Below are positions 26,733-35,171 of a stretch of DNA of 64,000 bases, piece by piece. The DNA is from a virus: positions 64,001 through 128,000 of IMG/VR virus record IMGVR_UViG_3300045973_000529, one strand, 5' to 3'. Positions within the stretch are counted from its first letter, which is position 1. Every line of letters starts with the position of its first letter. The notes under the pieces were generated by a model. That model searched no databases. It had not been told where the DNA came from and was given only the letters and a program-made list of their open reading frames with translations. The translations under genes were made by a program, and so were the position numbers.

Positions 26733-28013
26733 ATGTCACTGTTCAACGTTCCCCGTCTTCAACAATACCGTGCTCTCGGCTACAACGTCCTGCTGTCCGG
26801 CCATGCCGGCGTCGGCAAGACGGCCGTGATCACGAAGGTCTTCGAAGGGCTGAAGTGGAAGTACTTCAGTGCCCCGACGATGGACCCGTGGGTCGATCTC
26901 GTCGGCGTGCCGCATCCAGTCGACGACAAGGTGCGTGGTGGCAAGGTCCTCGAGCTCGTGCGCCCCGAGTTCATCAAGGCTGATGACATCGAGGCGATCT
27001 TCATCGATGAGCTGAACCGCGCACCGGACAAGGTGCTGAACGCGCTGATGGAGCTGATCCAGTTCGGGAGCATCAACGGCCTGAAGCTGAACAACCTCAA
27101 GATGATCTGGGCGGCCATCAACCCTGACGACGACGAGGGCGAATACGCGGTGAACAAGCTCGACCGCGCGCTCAAGGACCGCTTCCAAGTCCAGATCGAA
27201 GTGCCGTTCAAGCTCGACGAGGAATGGTTCAACGCCAAGTACCCCGACGTCGGTCCCGCGTTCTGCAGCTGGTGGAATGACCTGCCGTTGGACCTCAAGA
27301 AGGACATCTCGCCGCGCCGCCTCGATTACGCAGCGGAAGCGTACCTGAACGACTGCCATCTCGGCGATTTCCTGCCGGAACGCGCGAACATCGGCAAGCT
27401 CCGCCAGTCCATCAAGGCCGTGCCATTCGCCGAGCAGCTCGCCGCGATCAAGACCGAAGCCGAGGCCAGGAAGTTCCTGAGCTCCATCAACAACGCGACG
27501 CGACTGCTGCAGCTCGCAACGGCCAAGAACCCGCAGGCCGTCGAGTTCTTCAACAAGTTCCGCTCAGTCATGCCACAGGAACTCGTGGATGCGTTGACAC
27601 CCGCGGTTGCTGCAGCCGCCGCGAATGCGCGAGTCACGACGCTGGCCGAGCTGCTGCCCTCGATCGACAAGGCCGGAAAGCTCGGCGAAGTCGAGCTCAC
27701 GCATCTCTTCAACGAGCCGGCTTTCGTGTACCAAAGCGGCTCGCTCGAGGAGGACATCAAGCGCCAGGTGCGAATCGGTTCCGCGTCGTTCCGCAAGCTC
27801 GTGGGACACCTGAACCTCGTGCTCGGCAAGGCCGCCAAGCCGACGCTCGCCAAGGCCTGCCTGAAAGCCGATGGAACTCGCACGAATCTCGCGACGATCG
27901 CGATGCACATCGCAGCGCACGACACGACGTTCCAGTGGTTCTCGAAGGAAGAGCGCAAGAAGATCAACGCCCACACGTACCTCCATGGCGTTGCCGCAGC
28001 GAAGTGGATGTAA
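26733..28013 (+). CDS. MoxR-like AAA+ ATPase
   Basis: Walker A GHAGVGKT, Walker B IFIDELNRA, sensor AAINP, LDRALKDRF, ISPRRL. Confidence 0.9.
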   Translation: MSLFNVPRLQQYRALGYNVLLSGHAGVGKTAVITKVFEGLKWKYFSAPTMDPWVDLVGVPHPVDDKVRGGKVLELVRPEFIKADDIEAIFIDELNRAPDKVLNALMELIQFGSINGLKLNNLKMIWAAINPDDDEGEYAVNKLDRALKDRFQVQIEVPFKLDEEWFNAKYPDVGPAFCSWWNDLPLDLKKDISPRRLDYAAEAYLNDCHLGDFLPERANIGKLRQSIKAVPFAEQLAAIKTEAEARKFLSSINNATRLLQLATAKNPQAVEFFNKFRSVMPQELVDALTPAVAAAAANARVTTLAELLPSIDKAGKLGEVELTHLFNEPAFVYQSGSLEEDIKRQVRIGSASFRKLVGHLNLVLGKAAKPTLAKACLKADGTRTNLATIAMHIAAHDTTFQWFSKEERKKINAHTYLHGVAAAKWM

Positions 28014-28047
28014 CGCTCAGCCCAAGCCTTCGGGCTTGGGATAGAAT
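28009..28047 (+). promoter_or_regulatory. promoter (TGTAAC ... TAGAAT) with embedded UUCG hairpin
   Basis: TGTAAC 28009, CCCAAGCC-TTCG-GGCTTGGG 28021-28040, TAGAAT 28042-28047. Confidence 0.65.
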
Positions 28048-28053
28048 GTCTCT

Positions 28054-28272
28054 ATGAACGCCGAAACCATCCTCACCGCCGCCTTCCTGTCGCTTCTCAA
28101 CGCCGAGGAACAACAGCTCGTTTGTGATCGCATGCGCCACGGGTACGCGCTCTTCGACGCTGGTGAAGCCGAAGCCTGGCTGCGCCGGATCCTCGACGAG
28201 AAGCTGCATCTGAGCGTCAGCTACTCTGGCTTCTACAGCGGCCAGAACATTCCGGCCCCCTGCCTGCGCTGA
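28054..28272 (+). CDS. hypothetical protein (likely leaderless)
   Basis: ATG 6 nt after the -10 box, no SD. Confidence 0.7.
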   Translation: MNAETILTAAFLSLLNAEEQQLVCDRMRHGYALFDAGEAEAWLRRILDEKLHLSVSYSGFYSGQNIPAPCLR

Positions 28273-28275
28273 ACC

Positions 28276-29535
28276 ATGAAGCACGACTTCAAGTCCATCG
28301 AGCCGATCTCGGCTGAGCTGAAGCGCGAGATCAGCGCGGAGCTCGAGCAGTTCCATCGCGTCTTCGACGTGTTCTGGGGCCTGTCCGAGATCTTCTTCGC
28401 GCCGGCCGGACACTCGCTGAAGACCGCCTGCGTCGCCTTCCCGCCCGGTGGCAAGTGCCACATGATCATCTCGAAGCCGTTCTGGGACGGCCTGAACGCT
28501 GACGAGAAGCTCTTCGTGATCATCCACGAGTGCTTGCACGTGATGCTGGACCACGGCCTGCGGAACGCGCGGAACATCCCTGGTGCGACGCCCAAGCTGA
28601 TCAACATCGCGCAGGACATCACGATCAACGAGATGATCGTCGACATGTTCAACTTCATGCGTGGCCTGATGCGCGACTGGCGCAAGTACTGCTGGATCGA
28701 GACCTGCTTCGCGGATCCGAGCCAGATCGAGCGGAACCAGGTCTTCGAGTACTACCTCAAGGAGCTGATCAAGAATCCGCCGCCCGAAGACATGGACTCC
28801 ATGGATGACCACGACGAACTCGGCGGCTACAATGACGGTGATCCGGATCCGCTCGCGCAACAGCTCGGCGAGTACCTGACCTGGGACGAACTTCAGGCCA
28901 TGGTGAAGTCCATGGGCAAGGAAGACGGTCGCGGCATCGGACTCTCGCCGTTCAACGTGATCCTCGAGAATCGCACTCCCGCGGTCGTGGACTTCAACAT
29001 GCTCGTGCGGAAGCTCAAGCGGAATGCGAAGGCCAAGGCCTACAAGGAAGAAGACTCGTTCGCTCGCAGCCCGCGCCGCTTCGCCAGCGTCTCATCTTCC
29101 ATCATCCTGCCGGGCCGGCTCGAAGGCAAGCCGCACCATCAGACCCTGATCACTGCGCTGTTCTTCGACGTGTCTGGCTCCTGCATGAGCTACTTCAACA
29201 CCTTCAACGCGGTGCGCCAGGCCTTCGAGAAGGAAGAGAAGCTCTTCGACATAAGGACCTATGCCTTCGACACGCGAGTGCAACCGGTGAAGCCTGGTGA
29301 GAAGCTGGCTGTAGGCGGTGGCACCTCGTTCGACATCATCGAGACCGAGTGCCGCAAGCTCGAGCTCGAGACCGGCAAGTACCCTGATTGTGTCGTCGTC
29401 ATCACGGACGGCGAAGGAAACCGCGTCGCTCCGAAGCACCCTGGCCGCTGGGTTTGGCTGCTCACGAAGGGTGCCAAGCAGACATACATCGATTCCCGCT
29501 CAGCCGCCTGGCCAATCGCCAACGTCACCTTCTAA
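28276..29535 (+). CDS. HExxH metallopeptidase + vWA-like domain protein (DUF2201-type)
   Basis: IHECLHVMLDH...NIAQDITIN, then FFDVSGSC MIDAS, GGGTSF, VVVITDGEG. Confidence 0.88.
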   Translation: MKHDFKSIEPISAELKREISAELEQFHRVFDVFWGLSEIFFAPAGHSLKTACVAFPPGGKCHMIISKPFWDGLNADEKLFVIIHECLHVMLDHGLRNARNIPGATPKLINIAQDITINEMIVDMFNFMRGLMRDWRKYCWIETCFADPSQIERNQVFEYYLKELIKNPPPEDMDSMDDHDELGGYNDGDPDPLAQQLGEYLTWDELQAMVKSMGKEDGRGIGLSPFNVILENRTPAVVDFNMLVRKLKRNAKAKAYKEEDSFARSPRRFASVSSSIILPGRLEGKPHHQTLITALFFDVSGSCMSYFNTFNAVRQAFEKEEKLFDIRTYAFDTRVQPVKPGEKLAVGGGTSFDIIETECRKLELETGKYPDCVVVITDGEGNRVAPKHPGRWVWLLTKGAKQTYIDSRSAAWPIANVTF

Positions 29536-29543
29536 GGACCACC

Positions 29544-29906
29544 ATGAACTTTGCCCTTGAACTCGCTCGCGAAATGGATCGTCGCTTCCAGAGCGGAAAC
29601 GCGATCGCCATCGAGAAGGCCACTGTCCCGACTTTCGAGTGGAAGCTCCTGTACGCGGCCATCGAGACTGACACGGCTTCGCTCGCGGATGCGCTGACCC
29701 GCATCGACGCGATGCAAGCCAAGATCGACGCGCTGATGCTCGAGTTCTGTCCCGAGGACATGACGCCTGAGCAGATCGCTGAATGGGGTGCGCACCAGCG
29801 CCCGGTCAGCGAAGTCGACGCGACGTTCGATCTGTCGTTCGCCGCGAGAGACCTGCCGCCCGCGGATCTGGCCGAGTTGGCCGGGTCTCGTCACATCCCC
29901 ACCTGA
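29544..29906 (+). CDS. hypothetical protein
   Basis: AAGGA SD, ATG 29544. Confidence 0.7.
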   Translation: MNFALELAREMDRRFQSGNAIAIEKATVPTFEWKLLYAAIETDTASLADALTRIDAMQAKIDALMLEFCPEDMTPEQIAEWGAHQRPVSEVDATFDLSFAARDLPPADLAELAGSRHIPT

Positions 29907-29915
29907 GGAAATCAC

Positions 29916-30230
29916 ATGACCACTGTTGCCGAAGACCTGCTGAACTCCATCCAAGCCGCGTACGACGAGCGTGCCCGGCTGCTCCACGCCGCCGAGATGA
30001 CGACCGTGCGTATCAAGCGCCTCCAAGCCGAGCACGGCGTCGCGAGCAATCCGCCGACCTGGAAGAACACGCTGAAGAACGACGGCCGCGTCAGCGGCGA
30101 TGCCTTCAGCCGCATGGCCAGCGAACTCGGGTACAAGTACACCCTGTGGAACGACCGCATCTATCACGTGGATCACGACGCCGAGAACAACGACACCGGC
30201 CTGACGGTCGAATACCTGGAGCGGACATGA
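29916..30230 (+). CDS. hypothetical protein
   Basis: GAGGA SD, 104 aa. Confidence 0.8.
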   Translation: MTTVAEDLLNSIQAAYDERARLLHAAEMTTVRIKRLQAEHGVASNPPTWKNTLKNDGRVSGDAFSRMASELGYKYTLWNDRIYHVDHDAENNDTGLTVEYLERT

Positions 30231-30487
30231 ACAAAGCAGAACTGAAGGCCCTCATCACGCGCGAGCTGACGGCCGCCGCTCAAGCCCAGATTCGTGAAGC
30301 GCTCGAAATGCGGATCAAGGCAGCTCGCATGCTGACTGAAGCGAATGCGCTGCTGGAGGCCGCCACCAAGCGAATCGACTGCGACACTAATGGGCAACAC
30401 GAGTTCCAGACGGTGCCCGGCACCGGCATGATGGGCGACCGCTTCGAAGAGAAGTGCATTCACTGCGGATGGGTACACACATGCTGA
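30227..30487 (+). CDS. hypothetical protein with C-terminal zinc-ribbon-like motif
   Basis: ATGA overlap; C...H.F...CIHCG. Confidence 0.7.
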   Translation: MNKAELKALITRELTAAAQAQIREALEMRIKAARMLTEANALLEAATKRIDCDTNGQHEFQTVPGTGMMGDRFEEKCIHCGWVHTC

Positions 30488-30861
30488 TCTCTGAACACAT
30501 CGCGTTCCTGCAACGCCAGCTCGAAGAACTCGGCGACGTCGAGTTCCTGAAGCTCGACTGCGAATGGGGTGCAGCCGAGTTCGATCACAAGCCGAGCGAG
30601 TACCGGCGCGTGACCTTGCCTGAAGGCACCGAGCTGATCAGCGTCGAACACTACCAGCTCTCGCACCAGAACATCCAGCAGCACAATGAAAGCTTCACCG
30701 CGCTCGAGGACCTGATCGAAGAAGCGAAGCACAACCCAGCCAGCGTGAACGCGCTCTTCGGCGATCCGGACGAGGTCATGAAGTTCTACATGATCGGCTA
30801 CCACCGCGATCTGGCCATCGTCAAGGCCTGGCACGAGTCGCCGAGAGTTCTGGTGCTCTGA
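30481..30861 (+). CDS. hypothetical protein
   Basis: MLISEHIAF..., 126 aa. Confidence 0.7.
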   Translation: MLISEHIAFLQRQLEELGDVEFLKLDCEWGAAEFDHKPSEYRRVTLPEGTELISVEHYQLSHQNIQQHNESFTALEDLIEEAKHNPASVNALFGDPDEVMKFYMIGYHRDLAIVKAWHESPRVLVL

Positions 30862-30865
30862 GGAC

Positions 30866-30928
30866 AGTTACAGATCTCTGGAACCGTTACACTCTCCGGC
30901 AGTTTTCTGGCCGAAACCGGGTTATAGT
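30866..30928 (+). promoter_or_regulatory. early/middle promoter: tandem GTTACA boxes + CCGA + TATAGT
   Basis: GTTACA 30867 and 30886 (19-nt period, as at 25532/25551), TATAGT 30923-30928. Confidence 0.75.
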
Positions 30929-30961
30929 TCACCTATCGCATCGACAACCCCGGAGAAACGA

Positions 30962-31963
30962 ATGTCCAATACCTGCCAAGTCGCGTTCAACCAAGTCCTC
31001 GGTCGCTGGGAAGCGAACTTCAACGGCCGCACGCTGGCCTCGTCGAAGGACCCGGTCGGCGGCCCCGAGTATCTGAAGCGCGTCATCGAAGGCGGCTTCA
31101 GCAACAAGGCCAAGAACCTGAACGTCACGAAGTGCAACGTTATCGGCGGCCCGGTTCTGAACGCCGTCACCGCGACTCTCGAAGCTGCCGAGCCCGAAGC
31201 GCCGGTCGTGACGCTGGAAAGCGAATTCAGCATCAACGAGCGCTTCGACATCATGGTGGACTACGCCGACATGGTCGCCAAGCGCGAACTCGCTTCGGCC
31301 CTGGTCACTGGCGACGGCGGTCTCGGCAAGACCTTCACAGTCATGAAGACCCTCCGCGCCAGCGGCCTGCAGGATGTCAGCAAGATGGACATCGGCGCCA
31401 AGTTCGATGGCCAACGCGGTTACGTCGTCGTTAAGGGCTACAGCACTGCCAAGGGTCTCTTCCGCACGCTGTACGAAAACCGCAACCAAATCATCGTGTT
31501 CGACGACTGCGACAGCGTCCTGAAGGACCCGACCGCCGTGAACATCCTGAAGGCCGCGCTCGACAGCTACGACGTTCGCATGGTCACCTGGAACGCCGAA
31601 GGCTGGGGCAGCGACGAGGATCTCCCCAAGAGCTTCGAGTTCACTGGTGGTGTGATCTTCATCAGCAACATGCCGAAGCACAAGGTGCCGTCGCCGATTC
31701 GCAGTCGCGCTATGAGTGCTGACGTGAGCATGACCCGCCTCGAAGTCATCGAACGCATGCGCATGATCGTGGCGTCGCCCGAGTTCATGCCCGAGTTCGA
31801 TGACGAGCACAAGCTCGAAGCGCTCGAGTTCGTCGCCGACAACGCGAACCACCCGCTCGTTCCGACGCTGAATCTCCGCTCGCTCGTGAACGTCGTCAAG
31901 GCCCGCGCCGCGAAGCCCGACACGTGGCGCCGCCTGGCTCTGTACTCGATGGCCAACGCCTAA
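30962..31963 (+). CDS. P-loop ATPase (AAA-like, phage type)
   Basis: ALVTGDGGLGKT Walker A, IIVFDDCD Walker B, NILKAALDS, IRSR. Confidence 0.85.
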   Translation: MSNTCQVAFNQVLGRWEANFNGRTLASSKDPVGGPEYLKRVIEGGFSNKAKNLNVTKCNVIGGPVLNAVTATLEAAEPEAPVVTLESEFSINERFDIMVDYADMVAKRELASALVTGDGGLGKTFTVMKTLRASGLQDVSKMDIGAKFDGQRGYVVVKGYSTAKGLFRTLYENRNQIIVFDDCDSVLKDPTAVNILKAALDSYDVRMVTWNAEGWGSDEDLPKSFEFTGGVIFISNMPKHKVPSPIRSRAMSADVSMTRLEVIERMRMIVASPEFMPEFDDEHKLEALEFVADNANHPLVPTLNLRSLVNVVKARAAKPDTWRRLALYSMANA

Positions 31964-31972
31964 TCGGCCACC

Positions 31973-32001
31973 GACCAGCGACACGACGTGCGTCGCTGGT
32001 C
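31973..32001 (+). terminator. 10-bp stem hairpin (terminator or processing site)
   Basis: GACCAGCGAC/GTCGCTGGTC followed by ACCTTCTTC. Confidence 0.5.
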
Positions 32002-32029
32002 ACCTTCTTCAACTTCGATGAGGTACCCT

Positions 32030-32197
32030 ATGTCCGCCGCCAGAACATCAACGATGGAGCTCGAGCTGCAACGCCTGGCCCTGGCCGCGGCAGTGGAACG
32101 CCTCATCGCTACGCTCCCCGCCGAGTCGCTCGAAAAGCGCGACGCGATCAAGACCCTGGAGGCCAGCGGCTTCCAACCGAAGGAGACCCTGCAATGA
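32030..32197 (+). CDS. small hypothetical protein
   Basis: GAGG SD before ATG 32030. Confidence 0.6.
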   Translation: MSAARTSTMELELQRLALAAAVERLIATLPAESLEKRDAIKTLEASGFQPKETLQ

Positions 32198-32463
32198 ACC
32201 TCAAGACCACCGCAGCGCTGATCTGCATTGCGCTCGCTGGCTGCGACGCACGGCTGACCGTCGAGTCGGACAGCGGCAAACCGGTCGAGGTCAAGATCGG
32301 CTCGCAAGATGGCACCAAGACGACCATGTACATCTCCGAGATCTGCTACGACGGTGTTGTGTACCTCGTGACGCCGCAAGGTGGCATGGCTCCGAAGGTG
32401 AACAAGGACGATGACGGCGCGATGATGGGCATCAGCAAGTCACCGTTCGTCAAGTGCCGCTGA
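32194..32463 (+). CDS. lipoprotein
   Basis: MNLKTTAALICIALAG|C lipobox signal peptide. Confidence 0.8.
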   Translation: MNLKTTAALICIALAGCDARLTVESDSGKPVEVKIGSQDGTKTTMYISEICYDGVVYLVTPQGGMAPKVNKDDDGAMMGISKSPFVKCR

Positions 32464-32517
32464 CCACGACGGCCACCCCTGCGACACCGAATCTGAACTT
32501 CCAATAGGACATACACC

Positions 32518-32946
32518 ATGGACTTCGAACGCTACAAGAACACCGCCGAGTACCCGTCCAAGGCGGCGTACACCACCACGTACTGGTACCGCGCCGGCAA
32601 GACGGTTGCACAGCGCACCGGCAATGGCGAGATCGAGATCCTCGACTCCCGGGTCGGTGCTACTCATTCCTCTGACGGCATCGAACTCGGCGCCTGCGCC
32701 AAGGAATCGGTGACTGACACGACCTCGTTCAACGCAGCGAAGCGCCTGTACAACGACGAGACCGGCCGCCTCACGAACATGTTCAAGCAGGACCTGTTCG
32801 CCGAGCTCGGCATCGTCGGTCACCCGAAGGCCGAGAAGCTGTACTCCATCGCCTGGGACCGCGGCCATTCCGGCGGCCTGGCCGACGTCGAGTCCGTCGC
32901 CTGGGACCTGCTGCCCCTGATCCAGGGCGACCCCTTCACCAGCTGA
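32518..32946 (+). CDS. hypothetical protein
   Basis: AGGA SD, 142 aa. Confidence 0.8.
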   Translation: MDFERYKNTAEYPSKAAYTTTYWYRAGKTVAQRTGNGEIEILDSRVGATHSSDGIELGACAKESVTDTTSFNAAKRLYNDETGRLTNMFKQDLFAELGIVGHPKAEKLYSIAWDRGHSGGLADVESVAWDLLPLIQGDPFTS

Positions 32947-32965
32947 TCGTTCGTGGTACGATCAG
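32943..32965 (+). promoter_or_regulatory. extended -10 (TGG-TACGAT) within an inverted repeat
   Basis: CTGATCGT-TCGTGGT-ACGATCAG; TACGAT 32957-32962. Confidence 0.45.
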
Positions 32966-32991
32966 ACAAAGCCACCACACCGGAGACCATC

Positions 32992-33429
32992 ATGACACAA
33001 CGCCTGCCCGCTGGCAAGTACTACATCGGCGATCCCTGCTACGTCTTCAACGACAAGACCTGGGATCATCTCAACGAGGTTCACTGGGACTCCATGTCCA
33101 CTGGCGAGATCTTCGAACACGGCGGTGGCCAAGTCTGGATGCACACCACCAAGTTCGGCGATGGCGTGTACGATGATCAGAACGGCACCGAGTACGGCGT
33201 CGACTCCGGTCTGATCGGCATCGTGCCGATCGCGCTGATCGAAGACCCGGCTGGCGAAGAGAACGGCACGATTCTCGAATTCGCGCGCGGTGTCACCGTG
33301 TCGTACGACAACGGCACGTTCTACATCGGGAACATCACGATCAAGACGAACAGCGACATCGATCTGGACTTCGACGAAGATGAAGTCGACGGCGGGTACG
33401 GCGATGCTGACAACGATCGCTTCATCTAA
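32992..33429 (+). CDS. conserved-type phage hypothetical protein with acidic tail
   Basis: GKYYIGDPCYV...T.FGDGVY.D.....VDSGLIGIVP motif; GGAG SD. Confidence 0.8.
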   Translation: MTQRLPAGKYYIGDPCYVFNDKTWDHLNEVHWDSMSTGEIFEHGGGQVWMHTTKFGDGVYDDQNGTEYGVDSGLIGIVPIALIEDPAGEENGTILEFARGVTVSYDNGTFYIGNITIKTNSDIDLDFDEDEVDGGYGDADNDRFI

Positions 33430-33664
33430 GCTGGCGAATACAGCGCTGAACGCGCTGAGCATGCTGTCTGGTATGCTCGGCGCGGTGATGATGGCCGCGA
33501 ACGTTGGACATGCACCACTCGCATTCGGCCTGTTCCTGATCAGCTCGTCAACCTCAGTGATCTTGATGTGGGGCAACGCACAACAGCGCGGACTGCTGGC
33601 GACGCAGATCTTCTTCGTAGGGGTGAACGTCTTCGGGTTGCTGCGCTGGAGCAATGTGCTTTGA
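33404..33664 (+). CDS. small 3-TM membrane protein
   Basis: Three hydrophobic segments ending QIFFVGVNVFGLLRW; start uncertain. Confidence 0.65.
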   Translation: MLTTIASSKLANTALNALSMLSGMLGAVMMAANVGHAPLAFGLFLISSSTSVILMWGNAQQRGLLATQIFFVGVNVFGLLRWSNVL

Positions 33665-33680
33665 CCACCCGGGCACCGGG

Positions 33681-33686
33681 TAAATA
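33681..33686 (+). promoter_or_regulatory. late promoter box TAAATA inside accessory cluster
   Basis: gTAAATAg 10 nt before ATG 33697. Confidence 0.65.
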
Positions 33687-33696
33687 GCTCCAAATC

Positions 33697-34116
33697 ATGG
33701 AGCTTACCTTGGCAGATCAACAACTGGTGCTTGCGAAAGCCATCGACGGCGCCGTGCTGCTGGACCAACAGCTGAACAAGCTGTTGGATCTGTTCGACTT
33801 CTACGTCGAGCGCTATCCAGCTGACACCCCCTCTGAGCGTCTCGAGCTCACTGATCTATCCGTCTCCATCAAGGAGCTCGGCACCCTGCCACGAGTCGTG
33901 GCCCTCAATCTCCATGCTTGGCGCCACGGCACTCCGCCAGTCCTCAGCCGTCAGGGCTTCGAGGAACACGCCCTCGGAGAGCTCGAGCTGCATCTCTTCG
34001 CGCTGCATTCGTTCTTCGAACGCAAGGGACTCGACACCTCAGCATACAGTCCAATCTTGGTGAACGATTCAATGGACGCTCTGCGCCTGGCGAACAAGCT
34101 GCTCTGCCCGGCCTGA
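33697..34116 (+). CDS. hypothetical late protein
   Basis: 139 aa after late box. Confidence 0.75.
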   Translation: MELTLADQQLVLAKAIDGAVLLDQQLNKLLDLFDFYVERYPADTPSERLELTDLSVSIKELGTLPRVVALNLHAWRHGTPPVLSRQGFEEHALGELELHLFALHSFFERKGLDTSAYSPILVNDSMDALRLANKLLCPA

Positions 34117-34180
34117 CCCACGAGTGGTGCCTGAAGCACCTTGCAGTGTGAGACAATAGACTCACAATCGGAGACCTTCT

Positions 34181-34711
34181 ATGCGACTGCTGGCGTTCCT
34201 CGTGGCCTTAGTGACGTTCAGCGTCCAAGCCCAATCTGTCCCTCAAGCTTGGGAAGAGCTTCGGCCAGGCGGTCCAGTCGAGATCTACTCGGTTGACACG
34301 GATCAGCCTACCCCGTTCCTGACGGGGTACATCCCTGAGACGAGAACCTGCCATCTGCTCGTGAACAACGCGGCAATTCAGCCGACTGAGCTCGAGTACC
34401 GCATCCAGGTCGCGCATGAAGCTGGGCACTGCGTTGCACTGCGAACCGGCAAGCAGACCCTCGGCGATCTTGGCATCAGCAACCGACGGTACGGCGAAAC
34501 GTTTGGCGACATCTACGCGCTCGCTTGGGTGTTCGTGAATGAGCCGCAGAATCTTGATGAAGCATTCCGGCTGCTGTCTGAGACTCGCAAGCGCGATCTG
34601 CGACAGGACCGAGCATACGACACCCTTCGTGGTATGAACCTCGCGTACCGGTTGCTCAAGTCTTCGACCACTGGTGATCCAGCAACCTTTACCCTGAAGC
34701 TTTATGAGTGA
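34181..34711 (+). CDS. secreted HExxH metallopeptidase-like protein
   Basis: Signal peptide MRLLAFLVALVTFSVQA|Q; VAHEAGHC; downstream E..GD.YA. Confidence 0.7.
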   Translation: MRLLAFLVALVTFSVQAQSVPQAWEELRPGGPVEIYSVDTDQPTPFLTGYIPETRTCHLLVNNAAIQPTELEYRIQVAHEAGHCVALRTGKQTLGDLGISNRRYGETFGDIYALAWVFVNEPQNLDEAFRLLSETRKRDLRQDRAYDTLRGMNLAYRLLKSSTTGDPATFTLKLYE

Positions 34712-34898
34712 CATCTGTGTGTACATGGAGCAGCTTCCTTGGAAGGAAGCGATGCAGAAGATCAAGGCCCTGAAGGTCAAGAAGCATGCGAAGCTCGGGT
34801 TCTGGTACAAGCTGCTTGAGCTCGAGACAGGCGGCACCGGGCAAGTGGTTCTCTCAATCTACAGGCCGCCGTATCGTGTTGTCAAAGAAAACCGCTAA
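34704..34898 (+). CDS. hypothetical protein
   Basis: 64 aa overlapping upstream stop. Confidence 0.65.
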   Translation: MSDICVYMEQLPWKEAMQKIKALKVKKHAKLGFWYKLLELETGGTGQVVLSIYRPPYRVVKENR

Positions 34899-35094
34899 GA
34901 AGGTCATCGAGTACTCGGCGGCTGCATTCCTGCAGACGTTGATCTTGGTGTGCATCTTCCCCGAGTTCCGCGCTCCGCTCGCGGCGCTGATCGCCACGGT
35001 GACGCTCGTGACTGCGGTGGTGCTGACTGTCGAGCACTTCTACGACGGTAACGATCCTGAGAAGGACCCGCCCAACGATAAGCGGAAACGCTAA
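34876..35094 (+). CDS. small 2-TM membrane protein
   Basis: AAAFLQTLILVCIF and LAALIATVTLVTAVVL hydrophobic segments; start uncertain. Confidence 0.6.
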   Translation: MLSKKTAKKVIEYSAAAFLQTLILVCIFPEFRAPLAALIATVTLVTAVVLTVEHFYDGNDPEKDPPNDKRKR

Positions 35095-35171
35095 AATAGA
35101 CATGTTGCTGATGAGGCGACGTTCCTAAGTCCTGCGACGAGCAGGCCACCTTCAACCACTCGGAGAACGAG

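Noticed and set aside
34147-34166. CRP/Clp site
   Set aside because: Half-sites TGTGA and TCACA are 10 nt apart rather than the required 6; noted only as a generic inverted repeat
35081-35125. CTGATGA with a nearby GAAA upstream of thg1, suggesting a hammerhead ribozyme
   Set aside because: The G10.1-C11.1 pair, the GUH cleavage triplet and room for stem I cannot be formed in any permutation; GAAA is just the loop of AGCG-GAAA-CGCT
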